Shown: positions 18,357-27,385 of the stretch, one piece after another
How the letters are laid out: every line of letters starts with the position of its first letter
Position numbering within the stretch: the first letter of the stretch is position 1
Assembly: GCA_903945605.1 (NCBI GenBank)
Contig: CAJAWH010000093.1
Coordinates: forward strand, 7,186-39,185
DNA: 32,000 bases
Origin: an uncultured Methylococcaceae bacterium
Lineage (GTDB): Bacteria > Pseudomonadota > Gammaproteobacteria > Methylococcales > Methylomonadaceae
Reading direction: 5' to 3'
Notes under the pieces: generated by a model
What the model was told of the DNA's origin: nothing
The model's database searches: none
What the model saw: the letters and a program-made list of their open reading frames with translations, nothing else
Position numbers and translations under genes: made by a program

Positions 18357-18539
18357 ATGGCCACATTGCTGCGATTGCCGCAAGCATTGGAATTTTCAGG
18401 TTTGAAACGCACCACTTTTTTAACGATGGTCAAGGCGGGCCACCTGCCTGCACCTGTTCAAATATCCGCCAAATGCGTGGCGTGGCGGCGCGAGGAGCTG
18501 GAAGCATGGGCGGCCAACCTGCCCAAAAAACTACATTAA
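18357..18539 (+). CDS. alpA: AlpA-family HTH regulator/excisionase-like protein
   Basis: 60 aa. LLRLPQALEFSGLKRTTFLTMVKAGHLPAPVQISAKCVAWRREELEAW is the classic AlpA/HTH_17 pattern. AAGGAG lies 6 nt upstream of the ATG. Confidence 0.8.
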   Translation: MATLLRLPQALEFSGLKRTTFLTMVKAGHLPAPVQISAKCVAWRREELEAWAANLPKKLH

Positions 18540-18563
18540 CCGGCGGCTAACCGGAGACAACAA

Positions 18564-18645
18564 CCCCGTCATCAACACAATGGCGGGTGTCCCCCACAGT
18601 AATGCGGGGGTTTTGTGAAGCCCCGTCATCAGCACAATGGCGGGG
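18564..18645 (+). promoter_or_regulatory. Three consecutive GC-rich hairpins: two near-identical 24-25-nt repeats flanking a terminator-like hairpin
   Basis: R1 18564-18587 is ccccgtcatcaacacaatggcggg and R2 18621-18645 is ccccgtcatcagcacaatggcgggg. Each folds as an 8-9-bp stem (one G-U pair) with a 7-nt loop. Between them, ccccc(18591-95)/ggggg(18606-10) is followed by TTTT. Confidence 0.4.
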
Positions 18646-18706
18646 CAACCAACCCAAGCCATAGGATTTTGGCTTTTTAAGCAATAAGTTGAAAGGATTC
18701 AACATC

Positions 18707-20968
18707 ATGGCATACCCCGAAAACATACCCCAAATTTTAAAGGACGCACCACATTGGTGCTGTTACAAGCTAGAAGCCGACCCCGATGGCGGCAAGCCCC
18801 GCAAAATACCCTACAACCCGATAACCCGCCATAAAGCCAAGGTCAACGACCCCGACACGTTTTGCAGCTTTGAGTCTGCGATTGCTGGCTTAGGTGCAGG
18901 GTATGACGGCCTAAACTACGCGTTTGGTTACGACGATCTGATAGGTGTTGATATTGACAAGTGCCGCGACCCTGATACCGGACAATTGACACACGAAGCA
19001 CAGGTTATTGTGGCGGCGTTCGCTGGCACATACCAAGAAATCAGCCCCAGCGGCACAGGGCTGAGAATTGTCACACACGGGACGCTACCCCATTTTGGCA
19101 AGGGGCGTGGGGAGTTCCACCACTTTGAAATTTATGGCAGAGGCCCTAAGGGACTGCACTTCCTAAGCATCACGGGCAATACTCTTCACAACGAGGTGCT
19201 GCGCGGCAACACACTAAAAACCTGCCAGACCGGCCTAGATTGGTTTTTTCGCCAATACATACAACAGCATCAGCGCCCACCCGAACCCCAACCCAAGTGG
19301 GAACAATCCCCAGAATTGACCGATGCTGAAGTTCTTGAAAAATGTCGTAGGTCTAAACGCGGCCCTGAATTTTCAAAACTCTTTGACGATGGCAGCTTGA
19401 CGGGTGACCACTCAACCGATGATCTAACGCTTTGTTCTATAGTAGCTTTTTACACACAAGACCCTGACCAGATAGACGGCTTGTTGCGGGCTTCAAAACT
19501 GTACCGCACCAAGTGGGAACGGCCGGATTACCGAGAAGCCACCATCAGCAAAGCCTTGGCAGGATTAATGAGTGCGTGGCAACCCAGAGGTACAGCAGAG
19601 GAGGCGGAAACGGCACAGCCTGGACAAACCTACGGGGTTACTGAGAAGGAGGCTGCTAGACGCTTTCTGGAGTCACCGGCTGCGGCAAAGTTCCGGACCC
19701 TGAGACAGAGCCGTGCCGCTAGAGTCATGCGGTACAGGGCTGGTATTTGGGTCGAGGATTATCACCAGCACAGCTTGATGAAGGAGGTCGGGGCGTTGGC
19801 TAAAGTGATTCTTGCCGAAATGGCCGAAGAGCCAGCACCGGCACGGCGCGATGCTTTGTATGGCCTAACCAAAAAGTTGGAGACCCAGCGAGGTTTGCGA
19901 GACATAACTACCTTTGTGGTGCAAGGTTTGCCTGAGTTTAAACCTGAAAAATCAGATAGTTATAATGACTTGCTATGTGTCCGCAATGGCGTTATCAACT
20001 TAGGCGGCGGTGGCGAAATTTTGCCACACAGTCCAGCCCACCAATTTACCCGCAAGGCGGATATTGCCTTTGACGCACAGGCCGCCTGCCCCATGTGGTT
20101 GAAATTCATGGATGATTTTTGTGTAGGCGACCAAGAACTTGTCAAGTTCCTGCAAGTTTGGTTTGGCTATTGTTTAACGGGGTACACTTCAGAACACAAA
20201 GCGTTAGTGTTGTTCGGTGGCGGGTCCAACGGAAAATCCGTGCTATTGGCGGTGATATCCCATGTATTGGGTGCGTTTGCGGCCGTGACCCCAGCCGATA
20301 CTCTGCTACAACGAAAGTCCGAACAATCCAACGATATCGCGGCCTTGGACGGCATACGGCTGGCCGTGGCCACTGAGACCGAGGAAGGCCAGGCCCTTGC
20401 TGAAGGACGCTTAAAGGCGATTACGGGTGGTGACCGCGTAGTGTGCCGCGAACTTTATGAAAACTTCAAGACCTTTACACCAAAATTCAAACTGGTGTTG
20501 GCAACGAACTGCAAGCCCAGGGTGTCCGGCACAGATAATGGAATTTGGCGGCGGTTATTGTTAGTACCATGCCGGGCGAATGTGATGAATCCTGACAAGA
20601 ACCTGACCGAGAAGCTTAAAGCGGAAAGCTCAGGGATATTGAATTGGGCGGTTGAAGGTTGCCGTATCTGGAAACGTGACGGCTTGGTGATACCTTCAGC
20701 GGTGGCGGCGGCGACGGAAGAATACCGTACCGAAAATGACACAATCGGACGCTTCTTGGATGAAATATGCAACCCGTACACGGGTGGCCTGAAGGCACGG
20801 GAAATTTACCAAGCGTATCAAAAGTGGGCCACTGAAGAGGGTATGCACCCACTGTCTAACCCAAAATTCGGGCAAAAAATGGCAGATAAAGGCTTTCCAT
20901 CGAAACGCGACAAGACTGGCAACACGTACCCGCCCACCTTATCACGGCCCAGACCCCAAAAGACGTAA
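18707..20968 (+). CDS. Primase-helicase (Prim-Pol N-domain plus D5/P4-alpha-type P-loop helicase)
   Basis: Track ORF starts at TTG 18689. The ATG at 18707 (MAYPENIP) has AAGGA 9 nt upstream. Acidic motif IGVDIDKC in the N-part; P-loop GGGSNGKS and KLVLATN in the C-part; 753 aa. Confidence 0.85.
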   Translation: MAYPENIPQILKDAPHWCCYKLEADPDGGKPRKIPYNPITRHKAKVNDPDTFCSFESAIAGLGAGYDGLNYAFGYDDLIGVDIDKCRDPDTGQLTHEAQVIVAAFAGTYQEISPSGTGLRIVTHGTLPHFGKGRGEFHHFEIYGRGPKGLHFLSITGNTLHNEVLRGNTLKTCQTGLDWFFRQYIQQHQRPPEPQPKWEQSPELTDAEVLEKCRRSKRGPEFSKLFDDGSLTGDHSTDDLTLCSIVAFYTQDPDQIDGLLRASKLYRTKWERPDYREATISKALAGLMSAWQPRGTAEEAETAQPGQTYGVTEKEAARRFLESPAAAKFRTLRQSRAARVMRYRAGIWVEDYHQHSLMKEVGALAKVILAEMAEEPAPARRDALYGLTKKLETQRGLRDITTFVVQGLPEFKPEKSDSYNDLLCVRNGVINLGGGGEILPHSPAHQFTRKADIAFDAQAACPMWLKFMDDFCVGDQELVKFLQVWFGYCLTGYTSEHKALVLFGGGSNGKSVLLAVISHVLGAFAAVTPADTLLQRKSEQSNDIAALDGIRLAVATETEEGQALAEGRLKAITGGDRVVCRELYENFKTFTPKFKLVLATNCKPRVSGTDNGIWRRLLLVPCRANVMNPDKNLTEKLKAESSGILNWAVEGCRIWKRDGLVIPSAVAAATEEYRTENDTIGRFLDEICNPYTGGLKAREIYQAYQKWATEEGMHPLSNPKFGQKMADKGFPSKRDKTGNTYPPTLSRPRPQKT

Positions 20969-20972
20969 CAAC

Positions 20973-21125
20973 GGTGTAGTAGGCACAAAAAAATTTCAAT
21001 TAAAAATCAACAATATAACAACACGGGTGTATAAGGTGTAGTAGCTGTGCATTACTAATGGTTTACAAAGGTTTTCTATAGGGGATTTTACCAAAAACCA
21101 CTACACCTTATACACCTTATACACC
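20973..21125. repeat. Cluster of GGTGTA hexamers arranged as an inverted repeat around a ~55-bp spacer
   Basis: ggtgtagtag at 20973-20982. ggtgtataaggtgtagtag at 21026-21044. A 16-nt inverted match ctacaccttatacacc at 21101-21116. TACACC at 21102, 21111 and 21120, i.e. 9-bp phasing. Confidence 0.55.
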
Positions 21126-21149
21126 TATAAATCATAAGGGAATTACATT

Positions 21150-21512
21150 ATGTCAACTGGGGACAACTTAAACCCACGGCAACGGCGGCTTTTAGCGAGG
21201 CTAGCGGCAGGACATAAACTGACTGAAGCGGCGGCCGATGCAAATTATAGTTTGCACCATGCGTGCAGATTGCAGCATTCTGACAGAGGCCAAGCAGAAA
21301 TAGCCCGCCTGACCCTACAGGCTCAAGAAGTGTTGGCGGCAGCATTGCCTAAGCTGGTGGCCGACGCATTGCTGGTGCTGCAAGCCGAGCTGGAACACCC
21401 TATTGCTGATAGGCGGCTAAGCGCCGCACAATTTGTTTTGAAGAATTTGGCCGCTCCACTGGTGGCGGCCAATGCCAAAAAGGCCAAAGACGAAGAAAAA
21501 ATCGTAAATTAA
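21150..21512 (+). CDS. Small HTH protein; N-terminus resembles terminase small-subunit HTH
   Basis: 120 aa. AAGGGA 8 nt upstream of the ATG. LNPRQRRLLARLAAGHKLTEAAADANYS follows the L.pkQ..F...Y..g.n.t.AA..AGYS pattern of TerS N-termini as I remember it. The functional call is tentative. Confidence 0.4.
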   Translation: MSTGDNLNPRQRRLLARLAAGHKLTEAAADANYSLHHACRLQHSDRGQAEIARLTLQAQEVLAAALPKLVADALLVLQAELEHPIADRRLSAAQFVLKNLAAPLVAANAKKAKDEEKIVN

Positions 21513-21535
21513 CACCGCCAAGGTTCGGCGAAATT

Positions 21536-21931
21536 ATGACCAAGGAAGTCACTATGCAAAAATTACACAAGTTCGACCCCACTTACTACCACCCTGAGCT
21601 GCACCAGATACCGGCAATTACCGCGACACAGGCGGCGGCGAGGCTGCACCACCTAGCCGCATTATTCCCTGAAATTGCAGGCATGACTGCACACAATGCA
21701 AAATTGTGGTTGAGGGGTAGGTTCACGCCGCCCTACCCCACAGATGAGCGTATAGGCGCGCTGAGTACCCGCCTTGCAGCGGCGGGAATGATGTGCTTTA
21801 GGTCTCAAGCGCGGCTGGAGTGTCGCAAATATGGTATCAACCCCAATTCACCGCTTAGCCGGTTTGCAGCGGAGTTTCCCGCAAATGTGGCGGATGATGA
21901 CTGCTTCATCCTACCTAGGAGGCACTGCTAA
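21536..21931 (+). CDS. Hypothetical protein
   Basis: 131-aa ORF with element-like composition. The internal ATG at 21554 has a better SD (AAGGAAG 7 nt upstream) and may be the true start. Followed by a strong terminator. Confidence 0.45.
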   Translation: MTKEVTMQKLHKFDPTYYHPELHQIPAITATQAAARLHHLAALFPEIAGMTAHNAKLWLRGRFTPPYPTDERIGALSTRLAAAGMMCFRSQARLECRKYGINPNSPLSRFAAEFPANVADDDCFILPRRHC

Positions 21932-21963
21932 CATTGTGGTTTTGAGGCTGTAAAAATTTGCGT

Positions 21964-21991
21964 AAAGGGGCTGTGAAGCCCCTTTATTTTT
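21964..21991 (+). terminator. Rho-independent terminator
   Basis: aaaggggc(21964-71) / gccccttt(21978-85) form an 8-bp stem with loop tgtgaa, followed by aTTTTT. Confidence 0.65.
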
Positions 21992-22080
21992 GGGCTGCAA
22001 TTGGGAGGGGTGGGGTCATGTTCGGCACACTGGCACGGTGTATGCTATGCCCACGGCATAGCAGGCTGGCACACACTTTA

Positions 22081-22301
22081 AGCAATAAACATGCCAAGTA
22101 ATACAATGAACGCCACAACTTAGCAAGACCCGTGCCAGTTTGCACAGTGGGGCTAAATCCTAGCAAAGGTCATGCCAACCATCAGCGTATGCCTGAAGCC
22201 TTAGCAATGACCATGCCAAGCCGTTCAGTAAAGCCCAACACCTAGCAAGGCCTATGCCAATCGGCACAGGGAAGCCTAAGCACAGCAAGACCTATGCCAA
22301 G
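22081..22301. repeat. Iteron array: six imperfect 17-18-bp AGCAAnnnnCnTGCCAA repeats at 40-41-bp phasing
   Basis: Copies start at 22081, 22122, 22162, 22203, 22244 and 22284. Sequences are agcaataaacatgccaag, agcaagacccgtgccag, agcaaaggtcatgccaac, agcaatgaccatgccaag, agcaaggcctatgccaa and agcaagacctatgccaag. Confidence 0.75.
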
Positions 22302-22435
22302 CCACAAGGCGGCCGTGAACAGCCACCCGCATAGACAGAAGCCCGTGGCAACCTGTCATGGGCGGCGTTATGTGTGGGCAGGTTAAGCCAGTGAAGCGGC
22401 GGGCGACAAGGCCAAAAAGGCGGCAATCAACCGCC

Positions 22436-22460
22436 AAAGTGTACCCGCTAGTGTACCCGA
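22436..22460. promoter_or_regulatory. Candidate integrase arm-type site, int-distal copy
   Basis: Identical 25-mer to 16887-16911; abuts and overlaps the start of the right direct repeat. Confidence 0.5.
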
Positions 22461-22560
22461 AACGCCATTTTTAAGATTTTCGCCAAAGAGCCAATTCATA
22501 ACCCCTTGAAAAAGTTGGTCGGGACGACAGGATTTGAACCTGCGACCACTTGTCCCCCAG
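22457..22560. repeat. Right direct repeat (att site) overlapping the 3' 45 nt of the intact tRNA-Pro
   Basis: Matches 16645-16748 at 100 of 104 positions. Homology stops exactly at 22560 and 16748 (cccccag|acaag vs cccccag|ttagg). Confidence 0.85.
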
Positions 22561-22592
22561 ACAAGTACGCTACCAAGCTGCGCTACGCCCCG
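22516..22592 (-). tRNA. tRNA-Pro (anticodon GGG)
   Basis: The reverse complement CGGGGCGTAGCGCAGCTTGGTAGCGTACTTGTCTGGGGGACAAGTGGTCGCAGGTTCAAATCCTGTCGTCCCGACCA folds as a cloverleaf. Acceptor stem 7 bp, anticodon stem CTTGT/ACAAG, loop CTGGGGG (GGG at positions 34-36, G37), T-loop TTCAAAT, encoded CCA. Confidence 0.9.
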
Positions 22593-22727
22593 ATAATAGA
22601 TGGTGGCTTGGTAAGATTTACCAGCCTAAGATGTTAAACGGTTAATTATACAACAGTTGAATTGTAATCGGGTTAAATATTTAAAGCCGTTCCTTGGCTT
22701 TGTTGCTGTTCCCTTAGTGAAGTTTTG

Positions 22728-23027
22728 TTATTGCTCTGCACCGGAATAGTTTTCTACCCGAGCCTTGAGTTTTTGGCCTGAGCGGAAAGTGACGACGCGT
22801 CTGGCTGTAATAGGGATTTCTTCGCCTGTTTTTGGGTTCCTTCCTGGGCGGCTGTTTTTGTCGCGCAGCTCAAACTTGCCAAAACCGGATATTTTGACCT
22901 GTTCACCCTGTTCCAAACAGCTTTTTATTTCCTCAAAGAACAACTCTACAACTTCTTTGGCTTCCCGTTTGTTCAGGCCCAGTTCTTCAAATAAGGTTTC
23001 AGCGAAATCCGCTTTGGTTAATGCCAT
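22728..23027 (-). CDS. ihfA: Integration host factor alpha subunit
   Basis: 99 aa. [34 protein letters not shown]...[35 protein letters not shown] is canonical IHF-alpha. Downstream of pheT as in other gammaproteobacteria. Confidence 0.95.
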   Translation of the reverse strand: MALTKADFAETLFEELGLNKREAKEVVELFFEEIKSCLEQGEQVKISGFGKFELRDKNSRPGRNPKTGEEIPITARRVVTFRSGQKLKARVENYSGAEQ

Positions 23028-23030
23028 GGT

Positions 23031-25406
23031 TTAATCCCTCAGTTTTGCATTAATGGTAATGGTCAGTTTTGCTAAGATTCTGCTTAGTATAGCCTCAACT
23101 TCAGAATCGGTGAGCGTTTGCGTGTCGTCTTGTAAATTTAGGCTTAGCGCGATGCTTTTGCAGCCCTCTTCAACCCCTTTGCCGCGATAAATATCAAACA
23201 GGGTGATCCCTTTCAAGGTGGCTTCATGGCTGCTTTTTATACAGTCGATGATGTCATCGGCGGTGACGTTTTCGGCAACAATCAAGGCCCAATCACGGTT
23301 GACCGCCGGATATTTGGAGAGTGCTTTAAATGCCGGTATGCTTTTGTCCAACAACAGGTTTTGGTCAAGTTCGTACAAGTAAACCTGACAGTCAAAGCCT
23401 AGTTGGTTTTCCAATAACGGGTGCAACATGCCCAGCCAACCAATGCGCTGACCGGAGGCGGACAAGATTTCCGCACTTTGCCCGGGATGTAAGGCAGATA
23501 ACGTGGCGGGGACAAAGCTGGGGGTTTGTCCGGTAAGTTTGAACAGGGCTTCGATGTCGGCCTTAATGTCAAAAAAATCAACTTTACGGCTAGCCTCACC
23601 CCATTGCCCTGGGTAGGCGCTGCCCAAAGCTAAGCCAGCGAGCATTTTTTGTTGTTGCAATTGCCCGTTTTCTTTGACAAAGCGCAAGCCGGTTTCAAAC
23701 AGGCGCACACGGGTTTGTTGGCGGTTGGTGTTGTGCAATGCCGCTTTTAACAGGCCACACCATAAAGTAGTTCGCATAACCGCCAATTCTGATGAAATGG
23801 GATTTTTTAGGCGCACAACCTCATCATTGGGGGCAATGGCTTGTTGGATGTCTTCGTCAACAAAGCTGTAGGTGATGGCTTCTTGATAGCCCCTATCAAC
23901 CAGCAAATCCTTAACCCGCTCCAGATCGGCAACCGTTTCGGTGGCCAAACCCAGCGGGGCGTGTAACAGCAGACGGCTGTTAGGCAGGTTATTGTAACCG
24001 TGGATGCGGGCAATTTCTTCGACCAGATCGGCTTCGATGCTGATGTCAAAACGAAAACCGGGCGGTGTGACTTGCCAGCCGTCAGCTTGCGGTTCAAGCA
24101 CCATGCCCAGCCGTTGCAAAATACCGGAGATGATCGGGTCGTCAAAAGTCACACCCAATAGCTTGCTGATGCGTTGTTTTCTTAAATGGATGGCGGGGCG
24201 TTGCGGCAAGTGTTCAGCTGAGGTGTGGCTGCTAAGCGGACCGGCTGCGCCGCCCGTTATATCCAAGATCAGTTGGGTGGCCCGTTCAATGGCGCGTTCT
24301 TGCAAAGTGGCATCCACGCCGCGTTCAAAGCGGTGTGATGAGTCGGTATGCAAGCCATAGCGGCGGGCTTTGCCAGCAATGTTGCGCGGCGTGAAAAAGG
24401 CACATTCCAAAAATACGTTGCGGGTGCTGTCCGATACTGCGGATGCACTGCCGCCCATTACGCCAGCAAAGGCCAAGGCTTGTTGGTCGTCGGCGATAAC
24501 CAAGGTGTCAGGGTCTAATTGGATGGTTTGCCCGTTCAATAAGGCCAGCGGTTCAGCGGCATGGGCATAGCGCACGGTGATGCCGCCTTTGAGCTGGTCG
24601 GCATCAAATGCGTGTAACGGTTGGCCCAGCTCCATCAGTACATAGTTGGTCACATCGACAATCGGCCCTAAGCTACGGATGCCGGAACGGCGCAGACGTT
24701 CTTTCATCCATGACGGCGTTTCGGCAAGAACATTGACGTTGTTGATCAGGCGACCCAAATAACGCGGACATGCGGCAGGTTCGGTTACATTTACCACAAG
24801 GGTTTCGTTATGGCTGACCGGAGGTGTTGCTATTGCCTGTGCCGTCCAAGGCAGTTGGTTCAGCACCGCCACTTCGCGGGCTATTCCTTCCACGCTTAAA
24901 CAGTCGGCGCGGTTGGGGGTCAGGTCAACTTCGATCAGTGAATCGTTTAAGGCAAGATAATCACGGATGTCCACACCAACCGGTGCGTCGTCGGGCAATT
25001 CCATTAGCCCATTGGCTTCGGTAGCCAAGCCCAACTCTTTTTCGGAACAGAGCATCCCTAACGATTCCACGCCGCGCAATTTGGATTTTTTGATGTTGAA
25101 ATCGCCGGGCAATTTGGCACCCACCAAGGCGGCAGGTATTTTTAGGCCAACACGGACATTGCTGGCCCCACAAACAATTTGTAGCGCTTCGGCAGCGCCC
25201 ACCGCCACTTGGCAAACGCGCAGGCGGTCGGCATCGGGGTGCTGTTCCAGTGCCAACACTTGCCCGACCACCACGCCGCTAAAAAGGGCGGCGGCAGGTT
25301 CGACCGAATCGACTTCCAAACCTGCCATGGTCAGTTGGGCCACCAATTGTTCGGTGTCGATGGGAGGGTTAACGGATTCCCGTAGCCAAGCTTCGCTAAT
25401 TTGCAT
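23031..25406 (-). CDS. pheT: Phenylalanine--tRNA ligase beta subunit
   Basis: 791 aa. N-terminal MQISEAWLRE...tRNA-binding domain pattern. pheS-pheT-ihfA synteny. Confidence 0.95.
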   Translation of the reverse strand: MQISEAWLRESVNPPIDTEQLVAQLTMAGLEVDSVEPAAALFSGVVVGQVLALEQHPDADRLRVCQVAVGAAEALQIVCGASNVRVGLKIPAALVGAKLPGDFNIKKSKLRGVESLGMLCSEKELGLATEANGLMELPDDAPVGVDIRDYLALNDSLIEVDLTPNRADCLSVEGIAREVAVLNQLPWTAQAIATPPVSHNETLVVNVTEPAACPRYLGRLINNVNVLAETPSWMKERLRRSGIRSLGPIVDVTNYVLMELGQPLHAFDADQLKGGITVRYAHAAEPLALLNGQTIQLDPDTLVIADDQQALAFAGVMGGSASAVSDSTRNVFLECAFFTPRNIAGKARRYGLHTDSSHRFERGVDATLQERAIERATQLILDITGGAAGPLSSHTSAEHLPQRPAIHLRKQRISKLLGVTFDDPIISGILQRLGMVLEPQADGWQVTPPGFRFDISIEADLVEEIARIHGYNNLPNSRLLLHAPLGLATETVADLERVKDLLVDRGYQEAITYSFVDEDIQQAIAPNDEVVRLKNPISSELAVMRTTLWCGLLKAALHNTNRQQTRVRLFETGLRFVKENGQLQQQKMLAGLALGSAYPGQWGEASRKVDFFDIKADIEALFKLTGQTPSFVPATLSALHPGQSAEILSASGQRIGWLGMLHPLLENQLGFDCQVYLYELDQNLLLDKSIPAFKALSKYPAVNRDWALIVAENVTADDIIDCIKSSHEATLKGITLFDIYRGKGVEEGCKSIALSLNLQDDTQTLTDSEVEAILSRILAKLTITINAKLRD

Positions 25407-25422
25407 GTTCCAATTTTCCGGC

Positions 25423-26454
<1,032 letters not shown>

Positions 26455-26473
26455 TTAAGTTTAAATTGGAAAG

Positions 26474-26631
26474 GGCGGTGGTTAGGCTACTTGCCTAGCA
26501 AAAATTTGCATTTGCAGTAAGTGCCAACAGTAAGACTAGGCAAATGATCCGGGCATACTTTTATGCTGCCGACAGGGAGCTTTTGCCTAGTCTTGCTGGG
26601 CTGTTAGCCCAGCAAGATGAAAACCACCGGT
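26474..26631 (-). promoter_or_regulatory. Structured rplT-pheS intergenic leader with nested and alternative pairings
   Basis: Perfect 11-bp hairpin at 26591-26617. Three copies of a CTAGGCAA core: 26582-26592 and 26490-26500 in one orientation, 26534-26544 inverted. Outer pairing between 26621-26631 and 26474-26483. I found no Phe-rich leader ORF. Confidence 0.3.
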
Positions 26632-26661
26632 CTTAGGGCCGATGATTCTTTATAGTGCGTA

Positions 26662-27027
26662 TTATTGCAATGGGCTTTGGTTAGCTTTGGCAATCTCGGC
26701 GATTTTACCAAATGCTTCAATATCACGCACGGCAATATCGGCCAACACCTTACGGTCAATGGCCACATTGGCGTTACTTAAGCCATTGATCAAACGGCTG
26801 TAAGAAATGCCAAATTGACGGGCTGCCGCATTGATACGGACAATCCATAAGGCACGGAATTGGCGTTTTCTTTGTTTGCGGTCGCGGTACGCATACTGAC
26901 CGGCTTTGATGACGGCTTGTTTGGCAACGCGATAAACGCGGCTACGCGCCCCATAATAGCCTTTGGCTTGTTTTAATATTTTTTTGTGCCGCGCCCTAGC
27001 GGTGACACCACGTTTTACTCTAGGCAT
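26662..27027 (-). CDS. rplT: 50S ribosomal protein L20
   Basis: [58 protein letters not shown] is canonical L20. Confidence 0.95.
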   Translation of the reverse strand: MPRVKRGVTARARHKKILKQAKGYYGARSRVYRVAKQAVIKAGQYAYRDRKQRKRQFRALWIVRINAAARQFGISYSRLINGLSNANVAIDRKVLADIAVRDIEAFGKIAEIAKANQSPLQ

Positions 27028-27040
27028 GATTGCTCCCTAA

Positions 27041-27238
27041 TCAACTGTAAGGCATCATGCGTAAGGCCATACGCACGTCAGATGGATGAATCGACATTGG
27101 CTTGCGCAGCTGTCTTTTTCTTTTGGTGGATTTCTTGGTCAAAATATGACGCTTGAATGAGTGTCCACACTTAAAACCGCCGTTGCCAGTGCGTCTGAAA
27201 CGCTTGGCAGCACCACGGTTGGTCTTTATTTTAGGCAT
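27041..27238 (-). CDS. rpmI: 50S ribosomal protein L35
   Basis: Track ORF 27041..27349 trimmed to [36 protein letters not shown] (65 aa). ATG at 27236-27238 with GGAG upstream. Confidence 0.9.
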   Translation of the reverse strand: MPKIKTNRGAAKRFRRTGNGGFKCGHSFKRHILTKKSTKRKRQLRKPMSIHPSDVRMALRMMPYS

Positions 27239-27385
27239 TTGTTTGCTCCAACGAATAATAAAAAAATCCCTGAGAAAAACCTGGCAAGGCAAAATGCATG
27301 GCCTTGAAAGATTAGCGGCACGGTGGTTTTGCCAGCGTGCTACAGCCACATCCTGTGCTGTGCGTTTAAAGGCGGCTTGCCGCCT

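Larger units (their letters stand above)
16645..22560. mobile_element. ~5.8-kb tRNA-Pro-integrated mini-island (int, alpA, primase-helicase, two small ORFs); P4/PICI-like satellite candidate
   Basis: Bounded by the 104-bp direct repeats. Contains a tyrosine integrase, an AlpA-like HTH protein, a Prim-Pol/D5 primase-helicase, an iteron array, and identical 25-nt arm-type sites near both ends. Confidence 0.8.

Noticed and set aside
21984-22166. 60-aa minus-strand ORF after the element terminator
   Set aside because: It overlaps the terminator and the first iterons, has no start context, and gives an implausible Cys/Leu-rich peptide.
22081-22301. Possible CRISPR array
   Set aside because: Repeats are only 17-18 bp and imperfect. 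The ~23-bp intervening segments share partial similarity. There are no cas genes or leader. The context (att end of an int/primase element) fits iterons instead.
27239-27385. infC-rpmI spacer hairpin AAAGGCGGC-AA-GCCGCCTTT (about 27368-27387 region) as a terminator or L20 operator
   Set aside because: On the transcribed (minus) strand the stem is followed by only three T, and I cannot verify the L20 pseudoknot by eye. Ordinary for this operon, so not called.
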